Below the pieces are notes generated by a model that did no database searches, was not told the origin of the DNA, and was given only the letters and a program-made list of their open reading frames with translations. The position numbers and the translations under genes are program-made. Of a stretch of 64,000 nucleotides of DNA, positions 32,117 to 43,697 are shown in pieces (position 1 is the first letter of the stretch; each line of letters begins with the position of its first letter). Source of the stretch: Nymphaea colorata. Its lineage: Eukaryota. Where the stretch lies: NCBI RefSeq assembly GCF_008831285.2, contig NC_045138.2:14570001-14634000 (forward strand). The letters run 5' to 3'.

Positions 32117-32779
32117 TCATCTATAGCCAAGTATGAGCCCTTCTGGACCTAGTGGCTGCAGAAACCCTGAGAACCCTGCTTGGTTCATGACCAGGCTGCC
32201 GGAAATTGGCTTCGGATTGGCGCTCACTAGGCAATGCCTACATGTCGGGCACGACGAGTGCGATGCGAGCCACGTGTCGATGCATTTGAGGTGGAAGCCA
32301 TGGTTGCACTTGGGAAGCACCCGGACCGGATCGCCGGCGACGAACTCGGACAAGCATATGGCACATATGGGGTCAGAGCTTGAGAGTTTTGAGCTGGTTG
32401 AGTAGAGAAGTGTTGGGAGGCTCATGACTGCTTTCTTCTTCAGGCCGGTGTTGGCGGCCCGGGCTGCCCTTTGCTCGGACCTCCTCGAGCACTGAAGAGC
32501 ACATCTAGCTACAGAATTGAGCCCTAGCGCACATACAAGTGCACATAGGAAGAGAGCGAGGATCAGTGCTAGATTGGCATCAAAACTTGCTCCTCCGTCG
32601 TCAAAGGTCTCTGTTTCAGAGTTACTGCTTCCGGTACCGGGAAATGGGTGGCTGCTGCCTGAATTTAGTGCTAGAGGTTGGTTGCTAGGAGACTGGACGA
32701 GTAGCTTTCTAGACCTGATGGAGCCTAGAAGAGCTTGAGAGATCACGAAGGAAGAGGAAGAAGCATAAGAAGAAAACAT
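32117..32779 (-). CDS. ATL-family RING-H2 E3 ubiquitin ligase, intronless, ~220 aa
   Basis: Transmembrane [21 protein letters not shown]-like GLKKKAV..LP, RING-H2 CAICLSEF...[21 protein letters not shown]; first ATG 32779. Confidence 0.94.
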   Translation of the reverse strand: MFSSYASSSSFVISQALLGSIRSRKLLVQSPSNQPLALNSGSSHPFPGTGSSNSETETFDDGGASFDANLALILALFLCALVCALGLNSVARCALQCSRRSEQRAARAANTGLKKKAVMSLPTLLYSTSSKLSSSDPICAICLSEFVAGDPVRVLPKCNHGFHLKCIDTWLASHSSCPTCRHCLVSANPKPISGSLVMNQAGFSGFLQPLGPEGLILGYR

Positions 32780-33056
32780 GATGCTTAAGGTTGGAGCTTG
32801 AAGCAAGTGTTAATGGTGAGATATATATAGATACTAAAGTGTTTGCATTTGAGTTTAATATTTGTTTGAAAGATTATCTTTCTTTTGAGTATCTTGGGGG
32901 GATCATTAGTGTTGTAGCTTTTCTAAGGTAGGTTGCTCTTGGTCCATGCATGCTTTTATATTACTCTGTGTGTTTAGATGCCGCATTTCGATTAGGCGAA
33001 ACCGGTGGCATCAGCTTCGGCTTGGCTTGGCTTCCATTTCCCTTGAGATTCGTAAG

Positions 33057-33250
33057 CAGGGGAAGAGGGAAGAGGTCCCCTTAGGCCATAGCGTCACCCC
33101 AACTATTTGAAAAAAAAAATACATTAAAAATTTTTAAAAAAAAATTAGTTGTGCAATGTATTTTTTAGATTCAGATTCAGTTTGGTCCTACCCGGATTCG
33201 AGGTTGAACTGTTTGGCTCGCCTCTGAAAAAAATTCTGGCTCCACCCATG
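33057..33250 (+). mobile_element. hAT-like MITE
   Basis: Imperfect TIRs CAGGGG.../...GGCTCCACCCATG flanked by an 8-bp TSD TTCGTAAG / GTCGTAAG (7/8); two more copies in the window. Confidence 0.75.
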
Positions 33251-33920
33251 GTCGTAAGTGTCGTACCAATTAATCTTTTTACATGAACAATTGGATTTCA
33301 AAACTAAAGATAATGCAAGTGTGACAAACAACATAAGATAAGAATGAAAGTAGGTGAGTATCAACATCATAAATGATAATTTTCTTGGTGGCCGCCATTT
33401 TGACAACAAAGTGCGGTCCTACCTCCTCTTCTGTAATCATAAATTGACATCAACATTCAATTTCTTGAGTTGGGGATACATTTTTATGTTTGGTATGGGA
33501 CTTTTCATGCACACAATCTATTTCATGAATCTGTCCTAAAAAATGAAATAAGTTGATGAAACAATATGTTAGCACAGTAATCCTACCCATTAACACAAAG
33601 GGGTTGAAGGACCATACATCCCTCTTGGCACAAAGGGATTGATGCTCATGCCGTTCGAACCAGTGACCAGCTCCCTTCCAGCCCTCAAAGATACCCAAAG
33701 ATGTAACTGGCTATCAATCATTTTAAGGGAGTGAAATAATCCTTTGAATATAGATGATGGTCCCTTGTTTCTCCTCCATGACATTCACTTTAATTCTAAT
33801 GAATTGTTATATATAATCCAAAGGAATTAACCTTTTTTCTTAGTTGTGCTTAATTAAGATAAAGAAAAGATTGAGCATCAAAAGCTAAAAGCAAATAATC
33901 AACTAAGAGATTCCATGTAC

Positions 33921-33965
<45 letters not shown>

Positions 33966-35111
33966 ACGGATGATTTAATAAATGTTGAAAGGGGGTCACT
34001 AGGGCCATTGAGCCGAGCCGCTTGAGCCGTCAAATAAATTAAATTAAAGATTTTAGTTACGTTTTGGAGCCTCCACTGAGCCGCCATCTGGACCCTCAAA
34101 CGGTGGACGTCCGAGCCACGTGTCCAACAGTTCGTGGGACCCACATGGGCAATCTGCATTGCTGACGTGGATTTGGACCACGCGTTTCTGCCACGTAGAA
34201 AGGCCCGGTGGTCCCCTTCAACAACTTAGGTGGGCCAGTGATGTCCTTCGGTCCTTCGAGTTCGGTTCATGTACCGGATCCAAGTCTGTCCAATGAGGTC
34301 CGGTAAAGGAAGACCAAATATGAATGCCTTCGGTTCTATAGTTTTGCATTAGAATACCGAATCCCCATATCCAAATTAATGTGAATCATGAGATCAGGAG
34401 ATCCAAGTTAAGAAATAAGAGCGATTGGGTCCAGAAATGTTTTCACCTCCGATAGAACCGAAAATCTGATGAGTGCAACTACCATGCCACAAGGACATAA
34501 CATTCCAGTGCTGAATTGTTTTAGTTATTATGTTGCTGCCTCTCAATTATTCTGAATTATTTGCATGAGGAACAGTTTCTTCGATGATTAAAAAATGTGT
34601 TTTCAGCCAAGTTTCTTAGTACCAAATGCCTATGTAACATTAATCTAGGAGTTGGTAATGAAGTTCCTCTATATGTATATTTGTACAAATATATAATCAC
34701 AAAGAGAGAGAGGGAGACCGCAGCATACATATAATCTAGATGGCTTAAAAGTTTGAGATATAATTTTTTATGTAACTGGTTAAATTGGTTGTGTGGGACC
34801 TGGAAGATGGACTTTTCTAGAGTGTGGTGCTTAGTGGCCCATCGTAATGCACCAGCACTCACTAGTATTAAATATGAGATGCTAATCCCATGATGTCCAT
34901 GGTGTGAAAGTGTTGAAAGCATAGTTTGAAACACCCGAAACAGAAGAAGATCCTACAACTGAATTCGGAGAACTGCATATTCAACTGGCTAAAGATCATT
35001 ATCAAAAACCAAGTTGGCCATAAGAGAGAGAATGAGAGAGAGCGAGACTTAGTTTCAGAAAAAGAATGAGCAAAGGGATGCAATTTCTGTTCATCGTAAG
35101 GAGGATACGGC

Positions 35112-35114
<3 letters not shown>

Positions 35115-35178
<64 letters not shown>
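35115..35178. repeat. (GT)n(GA)n microsatellite
   Basis: Seen directly. Confidence 0.95.
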
Positions 35179-35184
<6 letters not shown>

Positions 35185-36858
35185 TTTTGAATTGAGTCCA
35201 TGATAAACAAGCTTTACAGTTACAGCGTAACAGCAGTAACAGAAAGGTCCAGCTACAGAACTGCAGTATCAAGACTTGACCTCTAGCCCCCAATTTGATT
35301 CTTTTATATTCTCTTTTAACACCACCTATGATGTAGTAGAAAGAGAGAGAGAACACGAACAATTTTTAAAAAGTGATTTGAGTGTACCCCGAGTAATGTA
35401 CATTATCATTTTGGATCATCGTGAAGATGATCATGACACTGCAGCTATACATTCGAATCCTTGAGATTGTGGTTCTTTGTCCACTTGCATAGCCTGCCTT
35501 TCACTAAGACCAGAGGATTCGAGAAGATCAGAAGGGCATCCCACAGCTTGATCACATATTTGGAACTCGTGCATTATTGTTTTCAGCACTTTCTAAGACC
35601 CGTTTTTTGACACTTTATGTAACCCGAACTTTCCAAGGTTTAAAATAATGGATTACAGAACATCTTTACAGAGTGGAGTCCATTCAAAGTACCTTTTTGT
35701 GTGGTTTAATTATCTTATCTGTGCAGATAGAGCAGTACATAGTGCTAAGTTTACAGATGCAAACTCTTGGGACCAAGATCAACTGTCTGATTGACTTTAA
35801 ATCGATTAATTAGTAAAATTAAGTGGTCAAAGTTGGTACTGCCCAGTTTTAGAATACGAAAATTTTGCAATGATATGAACTTGAATTTAGTTGATCCTTT
35901 CTACCACAAATCTGATTCTAAGTTTCATTATACTATACTGTGGTGAGGTTGGATCTAATAGTACGATTCGGCAAGTTTGGCCGTCCGCATAAACATAAAT
36001 TAGAGATCAAACAGAAAGAATCTTATGATATTTTTATCACGTATTTATCAGATTGAAAACTATAACTACTTTTTAATATTAATACACGATGCCACTATTG
36101 AGTATATTCTTTAATTTATCTCTCCCTTGTTATTGGAAAAGTACCGATATCCACAGTATAGCAGTGTAGAATGACTTTACTTTTTTTTAACTTATCCAAA
36201 CATTCTATCTTGTTGCTTTCAGAAGTGCGGGTTGTATACTTGGTTTGGCCATTTGCTTGTGTATGCATTCTTCATGAATTTTGTGTTTATGGCACAAGGG
36301 CACTGGTGAAGCTCCTGATTCGATGAGTCTTTGGTGTTGAATTCCTTTTTCATATGTTGAAACTAGCATGCAGGCGATTTAGTAGTGAAAACTAAAGCTA
36401 CATCAGCATTTGACAGTAGATTTATTCAGATATCGCTAGACTAGTCCATATGTCAGTAAAAAATCAACACCGAAGTCTTTTTCTAAATGGGTTTCATCAG
36501 ATTGTTGTGTTTCGCCACGTGTTTAGAGTAGTGGGGAAGAAAGAAGTTGAGAAGTTCCATTGTTGAGATATAATTGCACACTTTTTGTACAGTTGGATTA
36601 GACAGGAGTATTAGTTTCTCTCTCTTTTCCATCTCCGCTTGTTGCCCTCAAATTTTTCAGGAACGTGAACATCAATATTCATCATATCTTTTCTCCTACC
36701 TTGGAGGGAAAGCCATGATCTTACAGACACCTACTGCCACCGGCCTCTCTGTTGCCTGTATGACTTGCGAGATCTGAAAATGAGCAGAGGAGGCCTTATA
36801 CATACCTGCTGGCTCTCTCTGTTCTCTGTATAACTTCTGAGAACTCGGAGAAAAAGCG

Positions 36859-37050
36859 GTGGAAGAAAGGCTCGCCTGGGTGGCCAAGCTTGAAAGCAGA
36901 TCCACAGAATATGGCGATGCAAGATACCTGAATAAGATGTCGAAGACGTCGATTTACAAATTGCCTCATGACCTTGTCTATACTTCAGGGTCCACTAGCA
37001 ATAACACTACACCCCACAGATGGCCTCCTTCGGCCCTTACCACCACGCTC
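36859..37050 (+). pseudogene. DUF247/UPF0481-family N-terminal fragment, frameshifted and truncated
   Basis: SIYKLP followed, in another frame, by HYTPQMASFGPYHH (family motif IYRVP...YxPxxVSIGPYHH); no continuation after ~37050. Confidence 0.7.
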
Positions 37051-37258
37051 TTCTGCCATTTCCAAGGAGGGCTACCTGACCTTATCGGTGAGTACGTTGT
37101 TCCACAGACACATGCTTTGGAAGAAGGGATTTTGTGCTTCTTTCGTGCTTCTGAAAATTCTCTGGTGAATCTTTTCCTTATTGTCGATCATGGTTGTGTC
37201 TGCAATTGTGTAGATACATCTTAGCCATTTGTAGCAACCCTTAGATGCCTACTCCTTT

Positions 37259-37385
37259 GCTGAAATTGTGTTTTCAGCAATATGGAATTCAATCAGATCT
37301 GGTTCTGCTATATGGTGAACTAGTGTTTTGGCTTTATGGCTGAAATTGTGTTTTCAGCAATATGGAATTCAATCAGATCTGGTTC
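37259..37385. repeat. 47-bp direct repeat, period 80
   Basis: GCTGAAATTGTGTTTTCAGCAATATGGAATTCAATCAGATCTGGTTC at 37259 and 37339. Confidence 0.92.
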
Positions 37386-37395
37386 ATGCCGATAT

Positions 37396-37464
37396 AGGTT
37401 GGGACTTCCATAACAGGTGGTCTTTGAGGTCCAGCTTAATGAACACAGAGGAAGACAAAGGATT
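37396..37464 (-). mobile_element. Copia-like gag N-terminal relic
   Basis: NPLSSSVFIKLDLKDHLLWKSQ resembles the IKLDxxNYLLWKSQ motif of Copia polyproteins; stop soon after. Confidence 0.4.
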
Positions 37465-37876
37465 TCACTGGATGGTAGAATTTGGGCTCCCTGAAATTGT
37501 TTTTTTGGATGATGTCGATGTTAGGAACGAGGCCCTCTCATACGTTCTTACCATACCGAGAACAAAACTGAAGAAGAGGAGGAAGAAAGATTTTATGTGG
37601 TGCAAAAACAAGCAGGGTGGAGCTAACCATTTTTGTTAAGCTAACCATTTTTGTTAGGAGTATAGTTGGCAAACTCGAGAATTGGTAGACCATCGGGTAA
37701 GTGGGTCAGCGAGATGACTCGGTGATTCTTACTATAACCTTGTAGTGTAATCAATTGTTTCTCCACCTAGAGCAACATAATCTTGATTATAAATAGGTAA
37801 TGAATCGACAAACACTTAGCTTGTATTTATTTTTATCTCTCTTTCTCTCTCTCTTATATATATATATATATATATA

Positions 37877-38060
37877 AGGGAAGGGGGTCTGCCTAGGCCA
37901 TGACCCCTCCCTGGCCAATGAAAAAAATAATTACATTGAAAAAAATAATATTTTTTAATTACACAATATATTTTTTGGATTTCAATTTAATTTTGTCCTA
38001 CCCAGATCCAAAGATTGGACTATCGGTCCGCTTTTGAAGAAAATCCTGACTCCGCCCATA
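37877..38060 (+). mobile_element. hAT-like MITE copy inserted in a (TA)n tract
   Basis: Similar to 33057-33250 and ends CCTGACTCCGCCCATA; (TA)n on both sides. Confidence 0.65.
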
Positions 38061-38419
38061 TATATATATATATCAACCACGGAATCATCTATGGGCCTTT
38101 ATATTTTTAGAAATTGAAGGACGTGAGAATATATTTACAAAAATTTGGGCTAGTATTCATTTCATGTCTCTAATTATAAAAGCTTTCGTAACAAAAAAAA
38201 AGTAAAAAATGGTTTAAAAAACCTATGGATAAAAATTATTTTTTGCACTTTAAAACAGTTGAACTGAACTAAACTCAAGCTATTCTGATCCTAAGTCACC
38301 GATCTAGCAAGTCAGCTGATTCTTAAAGCTGGTGTTGTTATCAATGAGGAACGTCAGCGACTTGGTGTGGTAAAAAAAATCAGAAGAAATATTTGGAGAT
38401 TTTTATAAAAATAGATAAT

Positions 38420-39370
38420 ATGAACATCATTTCTCATACTATCTAATCCCCTAAGGTCGATAGCGGCCTTCCGTGGTAAAAAACCATGTTAAATATCCAA
38501 TGTCTATTAATTTTTTGTGGATTTTTAGCATGGTATCAGAGTAGAAAAACCTTCGTATGTAACAAGATAGGATGGAAAATACGAGGATAGTTAATGAGCA
38601 AAATTTGCTAAAGTAAGATGGAAAATATGACGTTGGATAATAAGGAACACTCGCTGAAGAAGATTTATTCTTCAATGAAGGTTTCCACACCACCAAGAGA
38701 TCGTTAGCTTCTTCAACAAAGTAATGACTCGATCCATCTTCACAAAATTTTCAAGGCTAAGTTGGACTTTCCAAATATGTTATCCAATTTGAGGAAGAAT
38801 GAAAATAAAATATGTTATGCAAAGTATTTAATGTTATCAAATTGGACTTTCACAGTGAAAGAAATGTTATTATTGATAAGTTAATGTGGAAACCTATAAG
38901 GGAATGATATCTATGAAGGTCAAGACATGAACAAAAATAATAATGGCATTACTATCAGCAAATAGGATCATTGGCCTGTAACTGAAAAAACGTCAATTGA
39001 AATATCTCTTGGACCTTCCAACTATGTTTTCAATTTTGAGGGATAATGAAAATGGAAAGCAATTTGCAAAGTATCTAACATTACCAAATAGGATCTTCCA
39101 AACAAAAGGAATGTTATTATTCTTAAAGATTAATATCATAACACATAAGGGAAAGGTACCTATGGAGGTAAAGATGCTAACAAAATAATAATCTCATTGT
39201 AATAAACAATAATTGTCGCCAAAATAAATTAGGAAATAAATCTAAAAATCATTGCAAACAAAGAGTATAAATATCAAACCTCACACTATCGATTCTAAGA
39301 CCAATAGTGGCCTTCCGTGGTGAAAAACCACAGTTAAATCTCCTTTTTTTTTTAATTTACTTCCCAATAC
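38420..39370 (+). mobile_element. Degenerate, internally deleted LTR retrotransposon (TRIM-like/Copia relic)
   Basis: CA followed by tRNA-Met PBS TGGTATCAGAG at 38531; direct repeat GGCCTTCCGTGGT..AAAACCA..GTTAAAT at ~38465 and ~39309; PPT-like TTGAGG(G/A)A..AA|TG at ~38790 and ~39036. Confidence 0.5.
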
Positions 39371-39419
39371 AATAACAATTAACTATGATTTCGCTTATAA
39401 TTTTCATTTTTCAGAGAAG

Positions 39420-40130
39420 AGCTGCACACACACCTTTTAGCTAACTTAATCTCAGGGTCTTGATTAGTGGCAGTGCCGCCAGAACTTTCTTTTGCATTAT
39501 AAATGGAATTTCGGAGGCAAAACGATAGATGTTCTAGTCAGCCAACAATGAGAGTGGGATCTCACCTCTGTATTCTTCAGATACAATGGGACTTTCAATA
39601 TCAGGCTTCAATCTAGGAAAATGGGGGCCATATACGCAACCAGATGAAATAGCAGAAGAGGTCTCATTTCTGTTTTTGGTGTTTCATCATTAGTATGTGA
39701 GCATAGGAAGATGGGACATCTTCCTTTCTATCCAACCTGTTATAGCTGGGACATTCTTTTGCTAACTCATCCAACTTTCTGTGAATAAGCTTTGTCACTC
39801 TGCAATGATTTTAACAGTGAAAGGGCTGTTGGAGGTTCTGAAAATGTAGCAGAATCACTACAAGAGCGTCGATGGAGACTTCCACTGAGACCCCTTTCAG
39901 ATTCACCAACTAATTCATCAAACCATGACGGCTGCTCATCTCATCTATGACTGCACTCAAAAATGGAGAACGTTTGTGCCCTCGGCATGAGTCCTGGATT
40001 CTCCCACTCAGCAATGAGCCTGAATCCAGACATGGGAAAGCGAGGCCTCTACTCTGCAGGAGGCAGGTGGGCATCCTTCCACACGGTACAAATAATTTAC
40101 AGACCGCACATATAATTTTCTACCGCCGGT
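39420..40130 (-). pseudogene. Possible decayed LRR (NLR-like) coding relic
   Basis: Broken frames give PSWF.., LVNLKGVSV, SHLPMLT, GPHFPRLK, LAALPLIKTLRL with many stops and frameshifts; assignment by eye only. Confidence 0.3.
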
Positions 40131-40140
40131 TAGTATCTTC

Positions 40141-40488
40141 ACCTGCAATAAGACGGATGAGAAGTGTTTTAGCTACAGTTTATAACTTGAGAATGGTATT
40201 CTATACCGTCAAACCACAACCAAAATCTCTACATATTTGGTCTACGAAGTTCAATCGCTGTTTCTAGTATAATATAACTTCGAATCATAAAAAAAAAAAA
40301 AACCAAAGAATCAACAACTAGAGAAACCCCATTTTCCCTTTCTACAGATGAAAAGCATTTCTCACAGGTAGTAGAACAAGTTACTAACACAAACTTACAA
40401 ACCAAAAAGATACATAACAAAATAAATCATACAAAACCCACATCAACCAAAGAAATCTTATGAATCCCCTGCTAAGCTCCTGCCTCTT

Positions 40489-40523
<35 letters not shown>

Positions 40524-41422
40524 GTGTCGGTCGCGTTGCTTTTAGCTCTGTTCACGAGAGCACCATTATTGTTCAGGTAAGGAGCGATATCTTGGTTCTC
40601 GGTCGTTTTCTTTCTCAAGCAGAGCAGTTTCCATAATTATTTTTTGTCAAATGGGATTTTAGGTTTTCAAATTTCCTTCCTTCCGCAGTGTAAATGGAGA
40701 GCTACACTATGAAAGGAAGAAAATTTGAAAACCCAGATCCCATTTGAAAAAAATTATGGAAACTGCTCTGCTTGAGAAAGAAACCTACGAGAACCAGATA
40801 GCGGCACTTCCCTAGTCGCTGCGTACCTGAACAGTAATGGTGCTTTGGTGAACGGAGCGAAAAGCAAAAGCGACCGAGAGACATAGAAAGGGAGTTGCTT
40901 GACAAATGGCTTTCTGACATACTTATTGACACCCAATTCTAGTGTTCCATTAATATATCACAAATAAACCTTGTCGTCATTAATATATCACAAATCTTGT
41001 GGTCATGAAACACGTACAGAATGTCTCAACTATCAAACAACCCCTATCTTACTTTTCAAGTCAAAGTGCGGGTAGGGCTTAGCAGGGGATTCATAAGATT
41101 GCTTTGGTTTGTGATGTGGGTTTTGTATGATTTATTTGTTATGTATTTTTTTTTTTGTAGGTTTGTGTTAGTAACTTGTTTTACTACCTCTGAGAAATGC
41201 TTCTTTATCTGCATAAATGGAAAATGGGGTTTCTCTAGTTGTCGTTTTTTTTTCTTGGGGGGTTTTTTTTATTGATTCGAAGCTATTATATACTAGAAAT
41301 AGCGATTGAACTTCGTAAATCAAATATGTAGAGATTTTTGTTGCGGTGTAACGGTATAGAGCACCATTCTCATGTTATAAACCGTCTAGCTAAAACACTT
41401 TTTCATCCGTCTTATTGCAGGT
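40141..41422. repeat. Nested long inverted repeat (foldback)
   Basis: Outer arms 40141-40479 / 41073-41422; inner arms ~40515-40692 / 40703-40894 around a 10-nt loop. Confidence 0.93.
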
Positions 41423-43138
41423 AAAATGGCCAGCTACACACTCAAGCGTATAAGAGTAACAAACGTATTCATATCAAATTAATTGAAATATTGGACAGCC
41501 CTACATTGTAATTAACAAAAAAAGAATCATGTAAGAAGCTAGCGTATTGCTTGATCACGAGAACGTATGCAGTCTGGAAACATTTCTGTTGCGACATGTG
41601 TGGGTTGTTCATGTTCACGCCCTTTGACAAAAGTAATGAACTTTGCGAAATTTGTTACCCGTACATTAACATGAAAAACATGGCTTTTTTTACATTGTAA
41701 GATAGTTTTAAAGGCCAAAGGAGCGGACCATTAATTAAAATCTTATTATGAAAATGTAGAGAAATTCTTCTCTATCAGACGGATATTGAGATATGGGTTA
41801 CTTATAAAATGCACAAGCTAACAGGTCATAAGTTGAAGCATCTTGCCCAAATGATCAATTCGACTCCCTTCCGAACTATGAGTCATAATCTTTGTTTCGG
41901 AACATGTATTATGTGTTTCTTTTTTTATTCCCTTTGAAATATAGGTTTCGCTTCTTTAGAGCTTGGACTACATCAAGAAGAATTTTCCATAGAGCCATAC
42001 GCTTACCGCACTCAGCATTACCTTCCTCGTCTTAGACGGCAAACTTATCATCCCAACCAAGGGTCCACTTTTTTGCTGCAATTGGGGCCTGTTTAGTTCT
42101 GTTTCTTAACGCAACTAGGAAAAGTAAGTTAAAGACTTTATGAATGGAACAACTAGCCCCCTTCAGTAGGAAGAATGAAAACCAAATTATTTTTCTAAAT
42201 GGGTTTCATCAGATTGTTATTTCACTAAAATTGTTGTCCCGGACAACCCCCACTCAACTTTTTCCAGACCAGCGTTTTCATAAAACGCTGCACTATGATG
42301 ACGTTGAGGCCCCAATACAATCTTAGTAGTGCTACCAACAACACCAGCAGTGGTGTCCTTGGGTATCATCCGAGTTACCACCAAACCACAGTCAATACCT
42401 CAGTCCACAGCTTCAAGCACGGCCCAGGCACTAGTTTTCAATTTCATTTGCTACACACGGACACACAGAGAAACAAGGAAGAGAAAACTGTGCGTTACTT
42501 TTCTGTTGAAGACGAAAAATACCACTTTTGTTCCAAAATTTTGGACCCGCCAGTGCAAACGGCAAAGTGCACGTCTATCTTTTCTTGTTTGGCTTGCCTT
42601 TCTCAGTATCTTAGCAAAATGAATAATTTTGCCCGTCCGGCTGAATGTCATCGTTCCTGGTATTGGGTAAGTTCAAATATTCCTCTTTTCCTGTACTAGT
42701 TTTTTCTCGGGGAGAGAAAGAGAGAGAGATGTAGTAAGGAACTTAACAAAAATTTCTAAGGCAACCGAAAGGACAAGTTATGCACGATCTGAACCTTGCA
42801 CCGCAGAGAACGCTCACAGATTGATAACGAGGGCCTGGTGTAGCAACAAAATAAGCAGGTGAAGTATTGAAATAACAAAAAATCTAAGAACCATGTCCTC
42901 GTGCCCACAAAAGACAGATGGTCTCTTTATTTGGCTTTCTCATTAACGGAACCATAAATAAGGTGAGCAACACGCTTCAATATAGCAAAAATGTATTTGG
43001 CTTCATCAGGTTTTAGCAATCAGCACAATGCAGCCATGCTGGACTTGAGCAAATGACGAGCCAGTAAAGTACTGAAGTACAGTTCGCAATTTCCAAAAAA
43101 TTGAAAAGAAAAGGTACTGATTTTGCAGCTCGCAAGCA

Positions 43139-43653
43139 TCATTTCAGCTTTGCAAAGAGAGTTGGAGCAACCTGCAGTTTTGTTGGACCCTTTTAGCAGA
43201 TATGGTTAGACCAAAGAAGCAACATAAATTAATTCAGCGGTGCATAATCACACTTACACATTTATCAATACATGACCAGTAGTCAAAGTACTGCCCTGTG
43301 CAATGCTTGTGCCCTGAGTCATCCCCCTGAACCCTCTTTATACACGCCTGAAACAACTTATACAGAATCAGAAACAAGCTTTTGTATTCTTCTAGTAACA
43401 CAAAGCATCTACTGAACAGGGCAAAACCAAATTTATCCATGCAATATAGTTGGGAAACAGAGAGAACAAAAGAGAAGGGAGACCCTACTGACCACCTTGA
43501 AGAAACAGTCCCTAAACAAATAACCAGGCCTGACCAGAGGGAGCAAAATTTATGACCACTAAACATTGGTCATTGTGACCTCCTAAGCATAGAAAAGCAG
43601 AAGCATTACAAGGAACAGGCCAGGTGGGAGTAAGTACACACAATGCATCATTA

Positions 43654-43697
<44 letters not shown>

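Noticed and set aside
34005..34035. TTGAGCCG resembling a miR171 core
   Set aside because: Only ~8 nt match, no precursor hairpin; no conserved miRNA recognised elsewhere by eye.
37259..37385. Repeat-spacer-repeat resembling CRISPR
   Set aside because: Only two copies, eukaryotic context, no cas genes.
42295..42840. 134-aa ORF and exon-like pieces downstream of QCR6
   Set aside because: No homology recognised; may be UTR or non-coding exons but unsupported.
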